Below, piece by piece: positions 53,928 to 64,000 of a stretch of 64,000 bases of DNA. The notes beneath the pieces are model-generated. The model saw only the letters and a list, made by a program, of their open reading frames with translations, made no database searches and was not told where the DNA came from. Source of the stretch: Candidatus Desulfosporosinus nitrosoreducens (GTDB lineage: Bacteria > Bacillota > Desulfitobacteriia > Desulfitobacteriales > Desulfitobacteriaceae); assembly GCF_030954495.1 (NCBI RefSeq), contig NZ_JAVHUW010000082.1:173108-237107 (forward strand), written 5' to 3'. The first letter of the stretch is position 1. Every line of letters starts with the position of its first letter. Made by a program: the position numbers and the translations under genes.

Positions 53928-55328
53928 TTATTCAGCTTCAATACCATAGCGGTGCAATTTAATGTAAAAAGCACGCCTGGAAATTCCCAATGCCTTCATA
54001 GCTTTAGTTCGGTTATTATTGCAAGTTGCCAAGGCAGACAACATAAGTTCTTTTTCCACTCTGCCCATGGTCTCTTTTATATCGTAATATTTATCTTTAC
54101 TTCTTCTCTGGCAGTCATGTTTCGGCAGCATGTTTGCAGGCAAGTGATGGAGTTCTATAGTCATACTGCTACAGACTATACTTGCGTGCTCTAAGACATT
54201 CTGCAATTCCCGGATATTGCCGGGCCAATCGTACTCCCGAAAAAACCTTACTACGTGCGGTGATAATGTAAGCTCATGCCCTACTACTTTACTGTACTGG
54301 TCTAAAAATTTCCGGGCTAAGGTCATGATGTCATCCTTGCGTTCTCTAAGCGGCGGCAGTTTAAGCGGGACAATATTAAGGCGATAATATAAATCCCGCC
54401 GAAATGTCCCATTATCAATCATACTTGCCAAATCTTGATTGGTGGCTGCGATCACCCTAATGTCGACCTTGACAGTTTTGGTTCCGCCAACACGTTCAAA
54501 TTCCCTTTCTTGCAGCACGCGCAGCAACTTTGCCTGCATAGTCATCCCCATATCTCCAATTTCATCCAGGAAAATAGTGCCGCCGTGGGCTAATTCAAAC
54601 TTACCGAGCTTTCCTCCTTTTTTGGCCCCTGTAAATGCCCCTTCTTCATAACCAAACAATTCACTCTCGATCAACTCCTCCGGAATTGCCGCACAATTGA
54701 CTTTGATCATAGGCTTATCTTTACGCCGGCTGCAATTGTGAACGGCATTGGCTAAGACTCCCTTCCCCACACCGCTCTCGCCAAGTATCAGCACCGTACT
54801 GTCAGTTCGTGCCACCTTTGCCGCCAGCAGCAAAGTTTCCTTCAGATGACTGTTTTGCTTTACATAGTCTTTAAAGGACAGTGGAAGCTGTTCCCATTGA
54901 ACTAACTGCTCTTTCAAATAATCAGCTACACCCTTAGATTGCTGCAGTTCCCGGTTTAATTCAACAACTTCGGTTACGTTTTTGAAAATAGAAATACTGG
55001 CAATGATATCCTTGCCACTGAACAGGGGGAATGTATATCCGACAACATTTATTCCCAGAGACTCAAGATAGTAACTTCCCTTACTTGGCTCACCGGTTTG
55101 CAATACTTTAATGGTTGTAGCTCCCGGTTCTATTGTTTTCAACTTGTGCCCTAACACCTTTTCAACCGGAACCCCCAAAATTTTGGCATAGGCTTGATTC
55201 GCATATACAATAGTTGTATTCGAGTCTATGACTAAAACTACATCATGAATGTTATCCAGGATTTTAAATAACATGTCACAATCCCATTGAGGAAAGTAAG
55301 ATGTTGTGATAGCATGAGTTCCGATCAT
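53928..55328 (-). CDS. sigma-54-dependent transcriptional activator (PAS sensor, AAA+ sigma-54 interaction domain, Fis-type HTH)
   Basis: Walker [22 protein letters not shown] motif (EEGAFTGA), and a C-terminal HTH. Confidence 0.9.
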   Translation of the reverse strand: MIGTHAITTSYFPQWDCDMLFKILDNIHDVVLVIDSNTTIVYANQAYAKILGVPVEKVLGHKLKTIEPGATTIKVLQTGEPSKGSYYLESLGINVVGYTFPLFSGKDIIASISIFKNVTEVVELNRELQQSKGVADYLKEQLVQWEQLPLSFKDYVKQNSHLKETLLLAAKVARTDSTVLILGESGVGKGVLANAVHNCSRRKDKPMIKVNCAAIPEELIESELFGYEEGAFTGAKKGGKLGKFELAHGGTIFLDEIGDMGMTMQAKLLRVLQEREFERVGGTKTVKVDIRVIAATNQDLASMIDNGTFRRDLYYRLNIVPLKLPPLRERKDDIMTLARKFLDQYSKVVGHELTLSPHVVRFFREYDWPGNIRELQNVLEHASIVCSSMTIELHHLPANMLPKHDCQRRSKDKYYDIKETMGRVEKELMLSALATCNNNRTKAMKALGISRRAFYIKLHRYGIEAE

Positions 55329-55439
55329 TATTTCATCCCCTATTTTCTGATATCCTTCTGCACCGGCTAGCAGACTATCAACGATTCTTCAGGGCATTCT
55401 AAACATGAAAGATCTGCCTTACATATTATTTCGGCTAAA

Positions 55440-55763
55440 TTAAATGCACTCACTGCTTGAACCCCAGCCATTTTTCTGTATAAATTGGAATACTTCCTTG
55501 AAACCCGGAGGGGAGGTTACGGCTCCGTTTTCTAAAACGGCAGGATTTCTGTCGCCCACTACATTAATAGGACTTATTACCTCACGGCATATTTTGTAGC
55601 CCTCCGCAAGAATCTGGTCGATATCCCCCAGGCCATAAAAGTCTTTAAAACGGTCACAGGCCAACACTTCTTCAGTTGGCAGCCATTCTTTTAAAATAAA
55701 CTTTAAATCACGGATATCGTATTTGAATTCCATCTTAACTCTCATTCCTTTCACTCTGCTCAA
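55440..55763 (-). pseudogene. N-terminal ~100-aa fragment of a long-type acyl-CoA dehydrogenase (AidB/FadE-like)
   Basis: ..PPGFKEVFQFIQKNGW.. matches the N-terminal region of long ACADs. The ORF ends after 107 aa. Confidence 0.4.
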
Positions 55764-55977
55764 AGGCTGAAAATGACTAAGCAGCAGTTCACGACTTCGC
55801 TAATAATCTGCGGCCCAGGAGCGCGGTTCTTGTAAAAGACGGCAGCTGCGGAAAATAAACATTGATACGGATCTCTTTCAAGCAAATCCTTGTACTACCG
55901 GCAGGAGTGTCACAAGCAGCCGGGAATAAAAGGGAGCTTGCGAGAAGCTCCCTCATTAATCCCTGATCCTTGCTGCC

Positions 55978-57168
55978 TTAGTTAAGGTTCTCAACAATTG
56001 TAGAAATCCCTTGACCTCCCCCTATACACATGGTCGCTAAACCATAACGCTTTCCGGTGCGTTTTAACTCATTGATTAATTTGATCAAGATGATAGCCCC
56101 TGTGGCGCCTAAAGGATGTCCCAAAGCAATCGCACCGCCGTTGACATTCGTCCGGGCAATGTCCAAACCCAGTTCTTTGATTACGGCCAGGGACTGGGCC
56201 GCAAAGGCTTCATTCAGTTCAATTAAATCAATCTGCTCTAAAGTGAGGCCTGCCATCCGCAGAGCAGCCGCAGATGCGGGCACTGGTCCAATGCCCATAA
56301 TTTGCGGCGGCACGCCTTTGGCTCCAATACCGAGCACCCGAACCAGAGGCTTCAGACCATATTCTTTCGCCTTTGCCGCTGTGGTCAGAATTAAAACGGC
56401 GGCAGCGTCGTTCCGTCCGCTGGAATTCCCCGCCGTGACTGTACCGCCTTCCTTGAAGACAGCAGGCAATTTGGCCAGCTGAGCCAGGCTGGTTTCCCTG
56501 GGATGTTCGTCCGCGGCAAAAATCACGCTTTCCCTTTTTCCTTTAACTTCATAAGGAACGATTTCTGCTTTGAACAGCCCTTCTTTAAGGGCACGCAAGG
56601 CCCGTTCCTGGCTGATCAAGGCAAATTCATCCTGCTCCTGACGGCTGATCTTGTATTTTTCCGCTAGATTCTCGGCTGTTAATCCCATGTTCAAATATCC
56701 ATAACGCTCTTGGGGCTGACAACGTGGCTGGCTTTCCGTATTGGAATCCAAAATCTCCGCATTGCCCATACGAAAGCCATAACGCGCGTGCCGCAGATAA
56801 TAGGGCGCAGTGCTCATGCTTTCCGCTCCGCCGGCCATGACGATTTCCTGGGTTCCTGCCCAAATGGACTGGACAGCGTCATTGACGGCCGTCAGGGCAG
56901 AGCCGCATTGACGGTGCACCGTATAAGCCGGTACCGCCTCGGACATATTGGCCCTCAGCCAAGCGAGCCGGGCTAAATTGGGATTATCCCCGCTTTGCTT
57001 GGTATGGCCAAAAATCACTTCATCAATAGACGTGTCCGGAATTCCGCTGCGGGCAATGGCCTCCTTGATGACTTGAGCGGCCAGATAGTCCGCCTCAACA
57101 TCCTTCAGAGTCCCGCCAACCCTGCCGATGGCTGTACGAACTCCGGCAACGATAACCGCTTCGTTCAC
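55978..57168 (-). CDS. acetyl-CoA C-acetyltransferase (thiolase II)
   Basis: Contains AGVRTAIGR, active-site Cys context (HRQCGSALTAV), and C-terminal [17 protein letters not shown] and CIGGGQG. Confidence 0.9.
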   Translation of the reverse strand: MNEAVIVAGVRTAIGRVGGTLKDVEADYLAAQVIKEAIARSGIPDTSIDEVIFGHTKQSGDNPNLARLAWLRANMSEAVPAYTVHRQCGSALTAVNDAVQSIWAGTQEIVMAGGAESMSTAPYYLRHARYGFRMGNAEILDSNTESQPRCQPQERYGYLNMGLTAENLAEKYKISRQEQDEFALISQERALRALKEGLFKAEIVPYEVKGKRESVIFAADEHPRETSLAQLAKLPAVFKEGGTVTAGNSSGRNDAAAVLILTTAAKAKEYGLKPLVRVLGIGAKGVPPQIMGIGPVPASAAALRMAGLTLEQIDLIELNEAFAAQSLAVIKELGLDIARTNVNGGAIALGHPLGATGAIILIKLINELKRTGKRYGLATMCIGGGQGISTIVENLN

Positions 57169-57184
57169 GATTCTCCCTCCTTGC

Positions 57185-58342
57185 TTATAGCGCGTATTCT
57201 TTTCTTAACTGGGCGGCAATAATATTACGCTGAATTTCCGAAGTCCCTTCATAAATCCGGGCGATTCGGGCATCACGGTAATAACGTTCTACTTCACACT
57301 CCCGCATGTATCCCATACCGCCGTGGATCTGAACTGCTAAATCCGCGACCCGGCCATAAGCCTCCGAACCAAATGTTTTGACAATGGCCGCTTCTTTGAT
57401 GACCTTTTTCCCCGCGTCAATTTTCCGGGCAACATCATAGGTCAAACTGCGCAAAGCTTCAATGTCTATGGACATGTTTGCTAAATAATGCTGGATGATC
57501 TGGTTTTCAAAAATTGGCTTGCCAAATTGCACCCTCTGTAAAGCATATTTAGCACTGATTTCCAGGAGCTTCTCGCAGGACCCGAGATTGCGGGCGGCCA
57601 GTCCCGCCCGGCCGTTGGCCAGGATTCTCAAGGCGTTGACATACCCCTGCCCTAGCTCGCCTAAAACGTTTTCCACAGGTACCTCGCAGTCCTCAAAGAT
57701 AAGTTCCGCAGTTTGAGAGCCGTGCAAGCCCATTTTTTTCTCATATTTGCCGACTGAAAATCCTTTAAAGCCACGCTCTACGAGAAAGGAGGTAATTCCT
57801 TTGCTTCCTTTGCTCTTGTCCGTTACCGCCATGACCGTGAAAATATCGGCAATATCACCGTTTGTAATAAATTGCTTGGTTCCGTTCAGGATATAGCGCT
57901 CCCCTTTGAGAACGGCTGTCGTCTTCAGGCTGGCGGGATCGGAACCGGCCGATGCTTCAGTAAGGGCAAAGGCCCCGATCAATTGTCCGGCAGCTATTTT
58001 AGGCAGATAACGTTTCTTCTGCTCTTGATTGCCGCACTCAACAATACCGACACTCCCAATACCGTTGTGGCAGCCGATAATTGAAGTAAAGCAATTCGGT
58101 CCCCGGCCTAATTCCTCATAAATCATGACTTTGCCGACCATTCCCGCACCCAGCCCGTCGTACTCTTGAGGCGTACTTAGCCCAAACAAACCGATTTCCG
58201 CAGCCTTGTCAAGCAAATTCCGGGGCACGGCGTCCTCCTCCTCCATTTGTTGAGCAAGAGGTTCAACCTCCTTGGCGATAAAGCTGCGCACGGTTTGTCT
58301 TATAATATTAAGTTCTTCCGCCGTTATTTGGCTTGCTTCCAT
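57185..58342 (-). CDS. acyl-CoA dehydrogenase (butyryl-CoA-dehydrogenase-like)
   Basis: ACAD N/M/C domains and a catalytic-Glu context (YEGTSEIQRNII). Confidence 0.9.
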   Translation of the reverse strand: MEASQITAEELNIIRQTVRSFIAKEVEPLAQQMEEEDAVPRNLLDKAAEIGLFGLSTPQEYDGLGAGMVGKVMIYEELGRGPNCFTSIIGCHNGIGSVGIVECGNQEQKKRYLPKIAAGQLIGAFALTEASAGSDPASLKTTAVLKGERYILNGTKQFITNGDIADIFTVMAVTDKSKGSKGITSFLVERGFKGFSVGKYEKKMGLHGSQTAELIFEDCEVPVENVLGELGQGYVNALRILANGRAGLAARNLGSCEKLLEISAKYALQRVQFGKPIFENQIIQHYLANMSIDIEALRSLTYDVARKIDAGKKVIKEAAIVKTFGSEAYGRVADLAVQIHGGMGYMRECEVERYYRDARIARIYEGTSEIQRNIIAAQLRKEYAL

Positions 58343-58422
58343 TGCAGTTCCTCCTACCATGATTTTTCAGACAACCTGTGAAAGAAATTCCGGCCTGCCC
58401 CTCAAGGCTGTGCGCTTATTTT

Positions 58423-58668
58423 TCAGGGTATTCGTAAAATCCTTTTCCGGTTTTTCGTCCCCATTCTTTTAGCAACTCTTTCCGGCAGATAGGCCGCTGC
58501 AAATTGCTCGGCCTTTTGTAAAACGTCTTTGTCTACATCCGTGCATTTCACTTTAAAACCGGCTAAAGCTGCGGATAAGGCAATCTGGTGCCCCATATTC
58601 CCTGCCCCGACAATGCAAATATTAGCAATGCCGCCTTTTTCCATCACAATCCCTCCCAGCAGTTTCAA
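58423..58668 (-). pseudogene. 3-hydroxyacyl-CoA dehydrogenase (hbd) N-terminal fragment
   Basis: Contains the Rossmann motif IVGAGNMGHQIA. The ORF stops after about 65 relevant residues, 63 nt before the ACAD start. Confidence 0.6.
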
Positions 58669-59843
58669 TGCGATACTCTTTCCAAGATAGTAGCGATACC
58701 TTGCCCGCCGCCAATACAGGCTGTGATCAAACCGAAGCGGACCTCTCTCCGACTCATCTCATACACTAACTTGGTGGTCAGAATCGCTCCGGTAGCCGCT
58801 ATTGGATGACCGTGAGCAATCGCCCCGCCGTTAACATTCACCTTTTCCATATTAAAATGCAGATCCCGGTCCACGGCTAAAACCTGGGCGGCAAAAGCTT
58901 CGTTTATTTCGATGAGATCCATATCGTCTAAAGTAAGGCCGGCTTGAGCCAAGGCTTTTCTTGTAGCGGGTACCGGTCCGATTCCCATGATATTGGGGTC
59001 TACACCGGCAACAGCGAAGGTGCGGATTTTGGCCATAGCTTTCAGACCCAGCGCCTTGGCTTTATCCGCTGACATGACAAGCACTGCGGCTGCGGCATCA
59101 TTTAAACCGGAACTGTTTCCCGCCGTTACGGTTCCGCCGGCTTTAAAGGCAGGCGGCAGTTTGCTTAATCCTTCCAGCGTTGTTTGGGGACGGGGGTGTT
59201 CGTCACTGTCCAAAACAAGCGTTTTACCTTTCCCCAGGGGAACAGTCAGGGGGACAATCTGACTCTTATACAAACCTGCCGCCATAGCTTTGCCCATTTT
59301 TTGCTGGCTGAGCAGAGAGAACTCATCCTGTTCCCGGCGGCTGATGCCATATTTTTCAGCTAAGTTCTCGGCAGTAATTCCCATGGGCGGATTGCCAATT
59401 TCAGCGGGTGACAATTGAAAGCCTGCCCGAAACTTCGGACCGGTTTTGCTGAAAAATTCCATATGCTCCATAACATACGGTTTCAGCGAGCAGCTTTCCG
59501 TGCCTCCGGCAACATAAATGTCGCCCATCCCGGCCATGACAGCCTGTGCCGCTAAATTGACGGCATTAAGGCCGGAGCCGCACTGGCGGTCAACGGTAAG
59601 CCCCGGGATTTCCATAGGCAAACCGGCCTTGAGGGCACATAACCGCGCCATATTGCCGCCGGCATTCAGGCAATTGCCGAAAATGACATCGCTTATCTCT
59701 CCGGGGTCCAGGTCTATTCGTTTAAGCACTTCTTTGATAACGTCCGCTCCGTAGTTTTCCGGGGGAACCTTGCCGAGAGCACCGCCGGCGCGACCTATCG
59801 GAGTTCTCACTGCCGCAACAATAACAGCTTCCTTAAGCATCAT
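58665..59843 (-). CDS. acetyl-CoA C-acetyltransferase (thiolase II), second copy
   Basis: Contains [40 protein letters not shown] and CIGGGQG. Confidence 0.9.
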   Translation of the reverse strand: MMLKEAVIVAAVRTPIGRAGGALGKVPPENYGADVIKEVLKRIDLDPGEISDVIFGNCLNAGGNMARLCALKAGLPMEIPGLTVDRQCGSGLNAVNLAAQAVMAGMGDIYVAGGTESCSLKPYVMEHMEFFSKTGPKFRAGFQLSPAEIGNPPMGITAENLAEKYGISRREQDEFSLLSQQKMGKAMAAGLYKSQIVPLTVPLGKGKTLVLDSDEHPRPQTTLEGLSKLPPAFKAGGTVTAGNSSGLNDAAAAVLVMSADKAKALGLKAMAKIRTFAVAGVDPNIMGIGPVPATRKALAQAGLTLDDMDLIEINEAFAAQVLAVDRDLHFNMEKVNVNGGAIAHGHPIAATGAILTTKLVYEMSRREVRFGLITACIGGGQGIATILERVSH

Positions 59844-59867
59844 TGTGACCTCCTAATTTCACCTAGT

Positions 59868-60068
59868 TTACTCGTAAGTATAGTAGCCTTTTCCGGTCTT
59901 CCTGCCCCATTCTCCCTTAGTGAATTTCTCGACAACCAATGGTGACAGCTTGTCTTTGGGATCACGGCTGTTTTGATAACGTTCCCTTGCCGAATAGTAG
60001 GAAAGGTCAATACCTGTCAGATCCATGAGACGGAAAGGTCCCATCGGTTGTCCCAGGGCGTCCTGCAT
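59868..60068 (-). pseudogene. 3-hydroxyacyl-CoA dehydrogenase (hbd) C-terminal fragment
   Basis: GPFRLMDLTGIDLSYY...GEWGRKTGKGYYTYE matches the Hbd C-terminal dimerisation domain. No N-terminal domain lies upstream. Confidence 0.6.
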
Positions 60069-60146
60069 CAGAACCGCCGCCGGGTTCGGTGATACACATG
60101 GTTCCTTCCCAGGTTGTTGCTCACTTCAGCGAAAAGAGCAAGGGGA

Positions 60147-60932
60147 TTATTTTCCACGGAAGGTTGGTTTGCGTTTCTCAATAAAGGCTTGCATACCTTC
60201 TTTTTGATCCTCTGTCGCAAACAGCAAGCTAAAGCATTTATGCTCATACTGCAAACCCAGCTCTAAATCCATCCTCAACCCTTCATTGATACAGGTCTTG
60301 GCAAGTCCTAAGGCAACCGCTCCTCTTGAAGCAAATTTTCTGGCCATTTTTTGAGCTTCGGGCAATAACTGTTCGGCAGGCACCACTTTATTCACAAGGC
60401 CAATCCTCAGCGCTTCCTCGGCACTGATAAAGTCGCCGCTGAAGATCAATTCTTTGGCCTTACCGGCGCCAATGAGACGGGGCAGGCGTTGAGTTCCTCC
60501 CCCGCCGGGCAAGATGCCTAATTTAATTTCCGGCAGACCGAATTGAGCATTAGCGGCGGCAATGCGCACATCGGCGGCCAAGGTTAACTCACATCCCCCG
60601 CCGAGAGCATAACCGCAAACTGCCGCAATGACCGGCTTGCGCATATTCTCCAGCAGATTGAAAGCCTTCATGGAAGGTCTGGCACTCGCGGCAACATCGA
60701 CAGCGCTTAATGAGGCCATGCCTTTGATGTCTGCCCCCGCGGCAAATACTTTGTCCCCGCCTGTAATGATCACAGCCCTGACTGAGTCATCGGCACCTAA
60801 CTTAGCGGCCGCATCTGCCAATTCTTCGAACACCTGACTGTTCAGGGCATTTAACACTTCCGGACGATTAAGGGTGATCGTGGCAATCCCTTCTTCGATT
60901 GCCACAATGATTGTTTCGTATGCCAACTCCAT
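60147..60932 (-). CDS. enoyl-CoA hydratase (crotonase family)
   Basis: Crotonase fold motifs: ITLNRPEVLNAL, AVCGYALGGGCELTLAAD, FGLPEIKLGILPGGGGTQRL. Confidence 0.9.
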   Translation of the reverse strand: MELAYETIIVAIEEGIATITLNRPEVLNALNSQVFEELADAAAKLGADDSVRAVIITGGDKVFAAGADIKGMASLSAVDVAASARPSMKAFNLLENMRKPVIAAVCGYALGGGCELTLAADVRIAAANAQFGLPEIKLGILPGGGGTQRLPRLIGAGKAKELIFSGDFISAEEALRIGLVNKVVPAEQLLPEAQKMARKFASRGAVALGLAKTCINEGLRMDLELGLQYEHKCFSLLFATEDQKEGMQAFIEKRKPTFRGK

Positions 60933-61177
60933 TACCTCCTTACATTCTCCATTTCGCTTACTGTGTCAACAGCTTCATGAGGGTTCCTTACCACTTTCCC
61001 CGGGAACCCCAGCTCAAATTGGGTAAAAATTTCCTTTCCCATCTACTCGAACACTTTCAGGTATACCTCTGTCCTCTCGGCTAGTTTTTCTGCAAACAGA
61101 CTGCGGAAACTCCTGGCATATCTTGCGCAAACGTCAAGCTGATGCTTAACACTTGCAAGAACCTCGCCAAAATCCGG

Positions 61178-61350
61178 ATAAAGAGGACTTGATTCAGGTG
61201 GAGTTTTAACTCCATTTGAATCTTAGTCGCCCTTAGCCAGGGACTTCGCCGCTCTTAACTCACCGCTTGCCGCAGCAGGAGTCTTAGAGCGGCTTAGTCA
61301 GCGGATAAAAACACGTTTCACTCCCAACAATGAAGCGGCGGCTTTTGCTT
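61178..61350 (+). repeat. copy 3 of the ~180-nt structured repeat / sRNA candidate (slightly degenerate terminal stem)
   Basis: Aligns to copy 2 along its length (gattcaggtggagttttaactccatttgaatcttagtcgcccttagccagggacttcgccgctcttaactcaccgcttgccgcagcaggagtcttagagcggcttagtcagcggataaa). The following hairpin plus T-run is weak. Confidence 0.6.
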
Positions 61351-61551
61351 ACAGGGGGGTCTTTACCCTTTCTTCGAGTTGCACAGACAGCTAAACTTTC
61401 GCTGCAGGTTAAAATGGGCTGAAAAGTGTTTAAAAAGTATACGCCTTGTTGGGAAAGAAAATGAGTTTGGGCTAACTCAAGCCGCCATGAAGGAAAAGAA
61501 GGCTATGTCATCCTCTGACAATAGCCTTCTCGCTGTATATTTAAGATCATC

Positions 61552-62880
61552 TTATAAAATATTTAAGTCTTTAGCTTCTTGAATTAATTCATCTCTAAAA
61601 TCCGGATGAGCAATGCTGATTAATTTCTCAGCTCTTTTCCACATCGGCTGCCCTTTAAGATTAACCATTCCATATTCCGTAGCAACATAATGCACTAAAG
61701 GGCGAGGTACTGTGACCACGGCACCCAAGGTCAGGACCGGCTTGATGCGGGAATGAACTTTTCCATTCGAGTCGGTATAGGTTGAAGACAGACAAAGATA
61801 ACTTCTTCCCCCCTTGGAATTATAGGCATTATCAACGAAATCCAATTGCCCGCCCGCGCCGCTGATCATGCGGGTACCTTTCGATTCTGAACAGACTTGT
61901 CCAGTCAGGTCCATTTCAATCACATTATTAATGGAGACCATGTTGTTATTTCGGCTGGCAATGGACCTGTCATTGGTGTAGTCAGCCGGGTAACCTGCAC
62001 ACATGGGATTATTGTCAATGAAATCATAGAGTTTTTGTGAACCGACAGCGAATGTGTATACAATCCGGCCCGGGTCGATCTGCTTTTTTCTCCCTGTAAC
62101 TCTTCCCATTTCGACCATATCGACCATGCTGTCACACAACATCTCCGTATGAATTCCTAAATCTTTCAGGTCGGACTGGGCAATCATTTTTCCCAGAGCA
62201 TTAGGCATCCCGCCAATTCCCAGCTGCAGACAATCTCCATCCCTGAGCTCTTCAAGGATAAATTCAGCAATCTTTTGGTAAACGTCTGTCGTTTCCTCTT
62301 CGGGAATCTGCGGCATCCCTGTGTGCCCGCCTTCCACGATGTAGGTTACTTCCGAAATATGAATATTATTGCCATATCCCCCATGAGCATACGGCATATC
62401 CTCGTTGACTTCGACGATTATAATATCGGCGACATCGGCCGCGGCACGGAAATGGGTAATTGTAGGCCCCATGTTAAAAAATCCATGTTTATCCATCGGA
62501 GCCACTTGAATCATAAGAATGTTGGGCGGACAATTCTCCCGCACGTAGCGCAGAGCTTCCGAGTATCTCAAAGGCGCATATTGCACAGTTCGTGTTTTGG
62601 CATACAGGCGGTCAAGCCCCGTCATATGAGTAGATTTCCAGATGCTATGCTCACCGCTGGGATCTGCTTTATACACCGCATGCGGGCGGGTTGAAATTCC
62701 GTTAACGATTACAATATCATGAAGATCATGGATACGTTTAGCAAAAGCCGCATCGAGAACCGGCACTGTGTTTGCCGCAAACGAATATTGAATCCAATCC
62801 CCGTCTTTAACAACACTCACTGCCTTCTCGGCTGAAACAAGTTTACTTTGGTATTCTGCTGCCCATCGAGACATCTTCAT
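61552..62880 (-). CDS. acetyl-CoA hydrolase/transferase-family CoA-transferase (4-hydroxybutyrate/butyryl-CoA:acetate CoA-transferase-like)
   Basis: Family pattern throughout, including GGQLDF. Confidence 0.8.
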   Translation of the reverse strand: MKMSRWAAEYQSKLVSAEKAVSVVKDGDWIQYSFAANTVPVLDAAFAKRIHDLHDIVIVNGISTRPHAVYKADPSGEHSIWKSTHMTGLDRLYAKTRTVQYAPLRYSEALRYVRENCPPNILMIQVAPMDKHGFFNMGPTITHFRAAADVADIIIVEVNEDMPYAHGGYGNNIHISEVTYIVEGGHTGMPQIPEEETTDVYQKIAEFILEELRDGDCLQLGIGGMPNALGKMIAQSDLKDLGIHTEMLCDSMVDMVEMGRVTGRKKQIDPGRIVYTFAVGSQKLYDFIDNNPMCAGYPADYTNDRSIASRNNNMVSINNVIEMDLTGQVCSESKGTRMISGAGGQLDFVDNAYNSKGGRSYLCLSSTYTDSNGKVHSRIKPVLTLGAVVTVPRPLVHYVATEYGMVNLKGQPMWKRAEKLISIAHPDFRDELIQEAKDLNIL

Positions 62881-62983
62881 TTCCTCCCTATTACCTTCTG
62901 AGCTGACCAGAGTTCATACAGTTAATATAGTTAGCCTAAATAGTTAGCCCGTCGAAAACACCTAGCCTCTTTGGGCAGTTAAT

Positions 62984-63001
62984 ATGCAAAATCTATACCA
63001 G
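62984..63001 (-). promoter_or_regulatory. sigma-54 (-24/-12) promoter upstream of the CoA-transferase operon
   Basis: The minus strand reads cTGGTATagattTTGCAt, with GG-N10-GC spacing matching TGGCAC-N5-TTGCW. It lies about 100 nt upstream of the 62880 start. A sigma-54 activator is encoded at the distal end of the same gene string. Confidence 0.55.
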
Positions 63002-63357
63002 AGAAATTGGTCGAATTTATATAATATTCCCTCAACTCGTTCTGTTGACTGCTTTGACAAGCATTAAATTTTAAATCTGCCGGTGATTAATCAAAATAGT
63101 GTTAATTTTTTATACATTTATGTATACATATTATACGAAAATTATCCTTAGCAACCCCGCTCCTGGATTGTCAACAGCTCCAGGGCAAACCTAAACTTCG
63201 GAGACTTGAATTCACAGCCAGGGTTAAGAAGGTTCTGCGGTACACGTTGTCCGGGTAATAGCTTAGAGATTTGCGATGTTGGGAGAATAAAAAAAGCCAT
63301 TGATCAAAATCAGTGGCTAAGGAAAAGAATATTTAATAGCGTTACAAGCAATATTCA

Positions 63358-63645
63358 CTAGTACGGGGGACACAAGACATGATCGTGATCGCCTATGTTA
63401 TGTAGAAGGCAAATCTGGATACCGTTCTCTTCCAGCCACTCAAAAGTAAATCGTATACTCATATTGAGGCTGGCTTCCCAGATTCTGTCAGTCCCTTGGA
63501 CCCTTTTAACCTGGAGAGAAGGGTGGCGCCAATTATCAATAAATTGTTCCATTTTGTCTCCAAAGAGCAATTGAATTTCACGTGGTAGCTTTTTAAACGC
63601 ACGTTTGAATTTAGAAGTACGCTCAATCTTTATCATCGGCAGCAT
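63358..63645 (-). CDS. RelE/ParE-family type II toxin
   Basis: ..FKRAFKKLPREIQLLFGDKMEQFIDNWRHPSLQVKRVQGTDRIWEASLNMSIRFTFEW.. shows the ParE/RelE fold pattern. Overlaps the upstream antitoxin gene by 23 nt. Confidence 0.7.
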   Translation of the reverse strand: MLPMIKIERTSKFKRAFKKLPREIQLLFGDKMEQFIDNWRHPSLQVKRVQGTDRIWEASLNMSIRFTFEWLEENGIQICLLHNIGDHDHVLCPPY

Positions 63646-63949
63646 CTGCCTCCATAAGATCTTGCATTAGGTCTTTAACCGTGTCAAATCGCTTTGTTCT
63701 TCGAGCTTTTATATCCTCTTGAGCTTCCCGTTCTGCGGCTTGCCATTCTTCTGTCCAATACCACGCTTGATCAGCAGGAATTAGTTTTTTGGGTTCAAGA
63801 ATGATGCGGCCGTCTTCCACAATTATCTCGAATACCTCTCCCTCATCAGCCAAGTGCAATAATTTACGAACCTCTTTGCCTATCGTGATAGTAGAGCGAC
63901 GTTTTGTCTGAACGATTCCAAATGATTTGCGAAATTGTGCCTTTGGCAT
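63623..63949 (-). CDS. AbrB/MazE/SpoVT-fold antitoxin with an acidic C-terminal extension
   Basis: The swapped-hairpin motif TITIGKEVRKLLHLADEGEVFEIIVEDGRIILEP lies in the first half. The tail is acidic (..EADAADDKD). Confidence 0.65.
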   Translation of the reverse strand: MPKAQFRKSFGIVQTKRRSTITIGKEVRKLLHLADEGEVFEIIVEDGRIILEPKKLIPADQAWYWTEEWQAAEREAQEDIKARRTKRFDTVKDLMQDLMEADAADDKD

Positions 63950-64000
63950 AATGTCACCTCTGCGTCGTTTCTGATTTTCTGTGTTTATTATAACAATTTC

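Overview
This 64-kb window reads as a low-GC Firmicutes (Clostridia-like) chromosome. It mixes housekeeping and accessory genes, decayed gene fragments, and several structured repeats.

Features that can be assigned with confidence include two methyl-accepting chemotaxis proteins, cysS, MerR, TetR and RpiR regulators, an NCS2 permease with an amidohydrolase, an ECF sigma / anti-sigma pair, a Fic protein, and a radical SAM/SPASM enzyme. A sigma-54-dependent acyl-CoA (butyrate-like) operon carries two thiolases, an acyl-CoA dehydrogenase, a crotonase and a CoA-transferase, but only fragments of hbd. A RelE/ParE-AbrB toxin-antitoxin pair sits at the 3' end.

The most striking locus is a minus-strand cluster at 27.7-35.4 kb. 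In transcription order it encodes an HTH-WYL protein, a second WYL protein, a highly structured intergenic RNA candidate carrying two TΨC-type T-loop hairpins plus a D-arm-like hairpin (tRNA-like, Y-RNA/YrlA-like), an SPFH-domain protein with a triplicated N-terminal motif, a 525-aa HEAT-repeat protein, PrfH (release-factor homolog) and RtcB RNA ligase. The PrfH-RtcB pair is a known ribosome/RNA repair module. The extended WYL + tRNA-like RNA + SPFH + HEAT context looks like an undescribed elaboration of it.

Other notable signals:
- An ~180-nt family of highly structured elements ending in intrinsic terminators, present in three copies (sRNA or MITE-like).
- An exact 84-bp rtcB fragment at the junction of a GC-rich island.
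- Duplicated cassette borders (Fic 3' end / DUF1653 5' end) flanking a different gene payload.
- An IS630-type transposase remnant next to a TIR-domain fragment and a perfect 42-bp palindrome.
- A palindromic, bidirectional MerR-type promoter with a 19-bp spacer.
- A 3.4 x 38-bp tandem operator-like array.

No CRISPR array, rRNA or canonical tRNA gene was seen.
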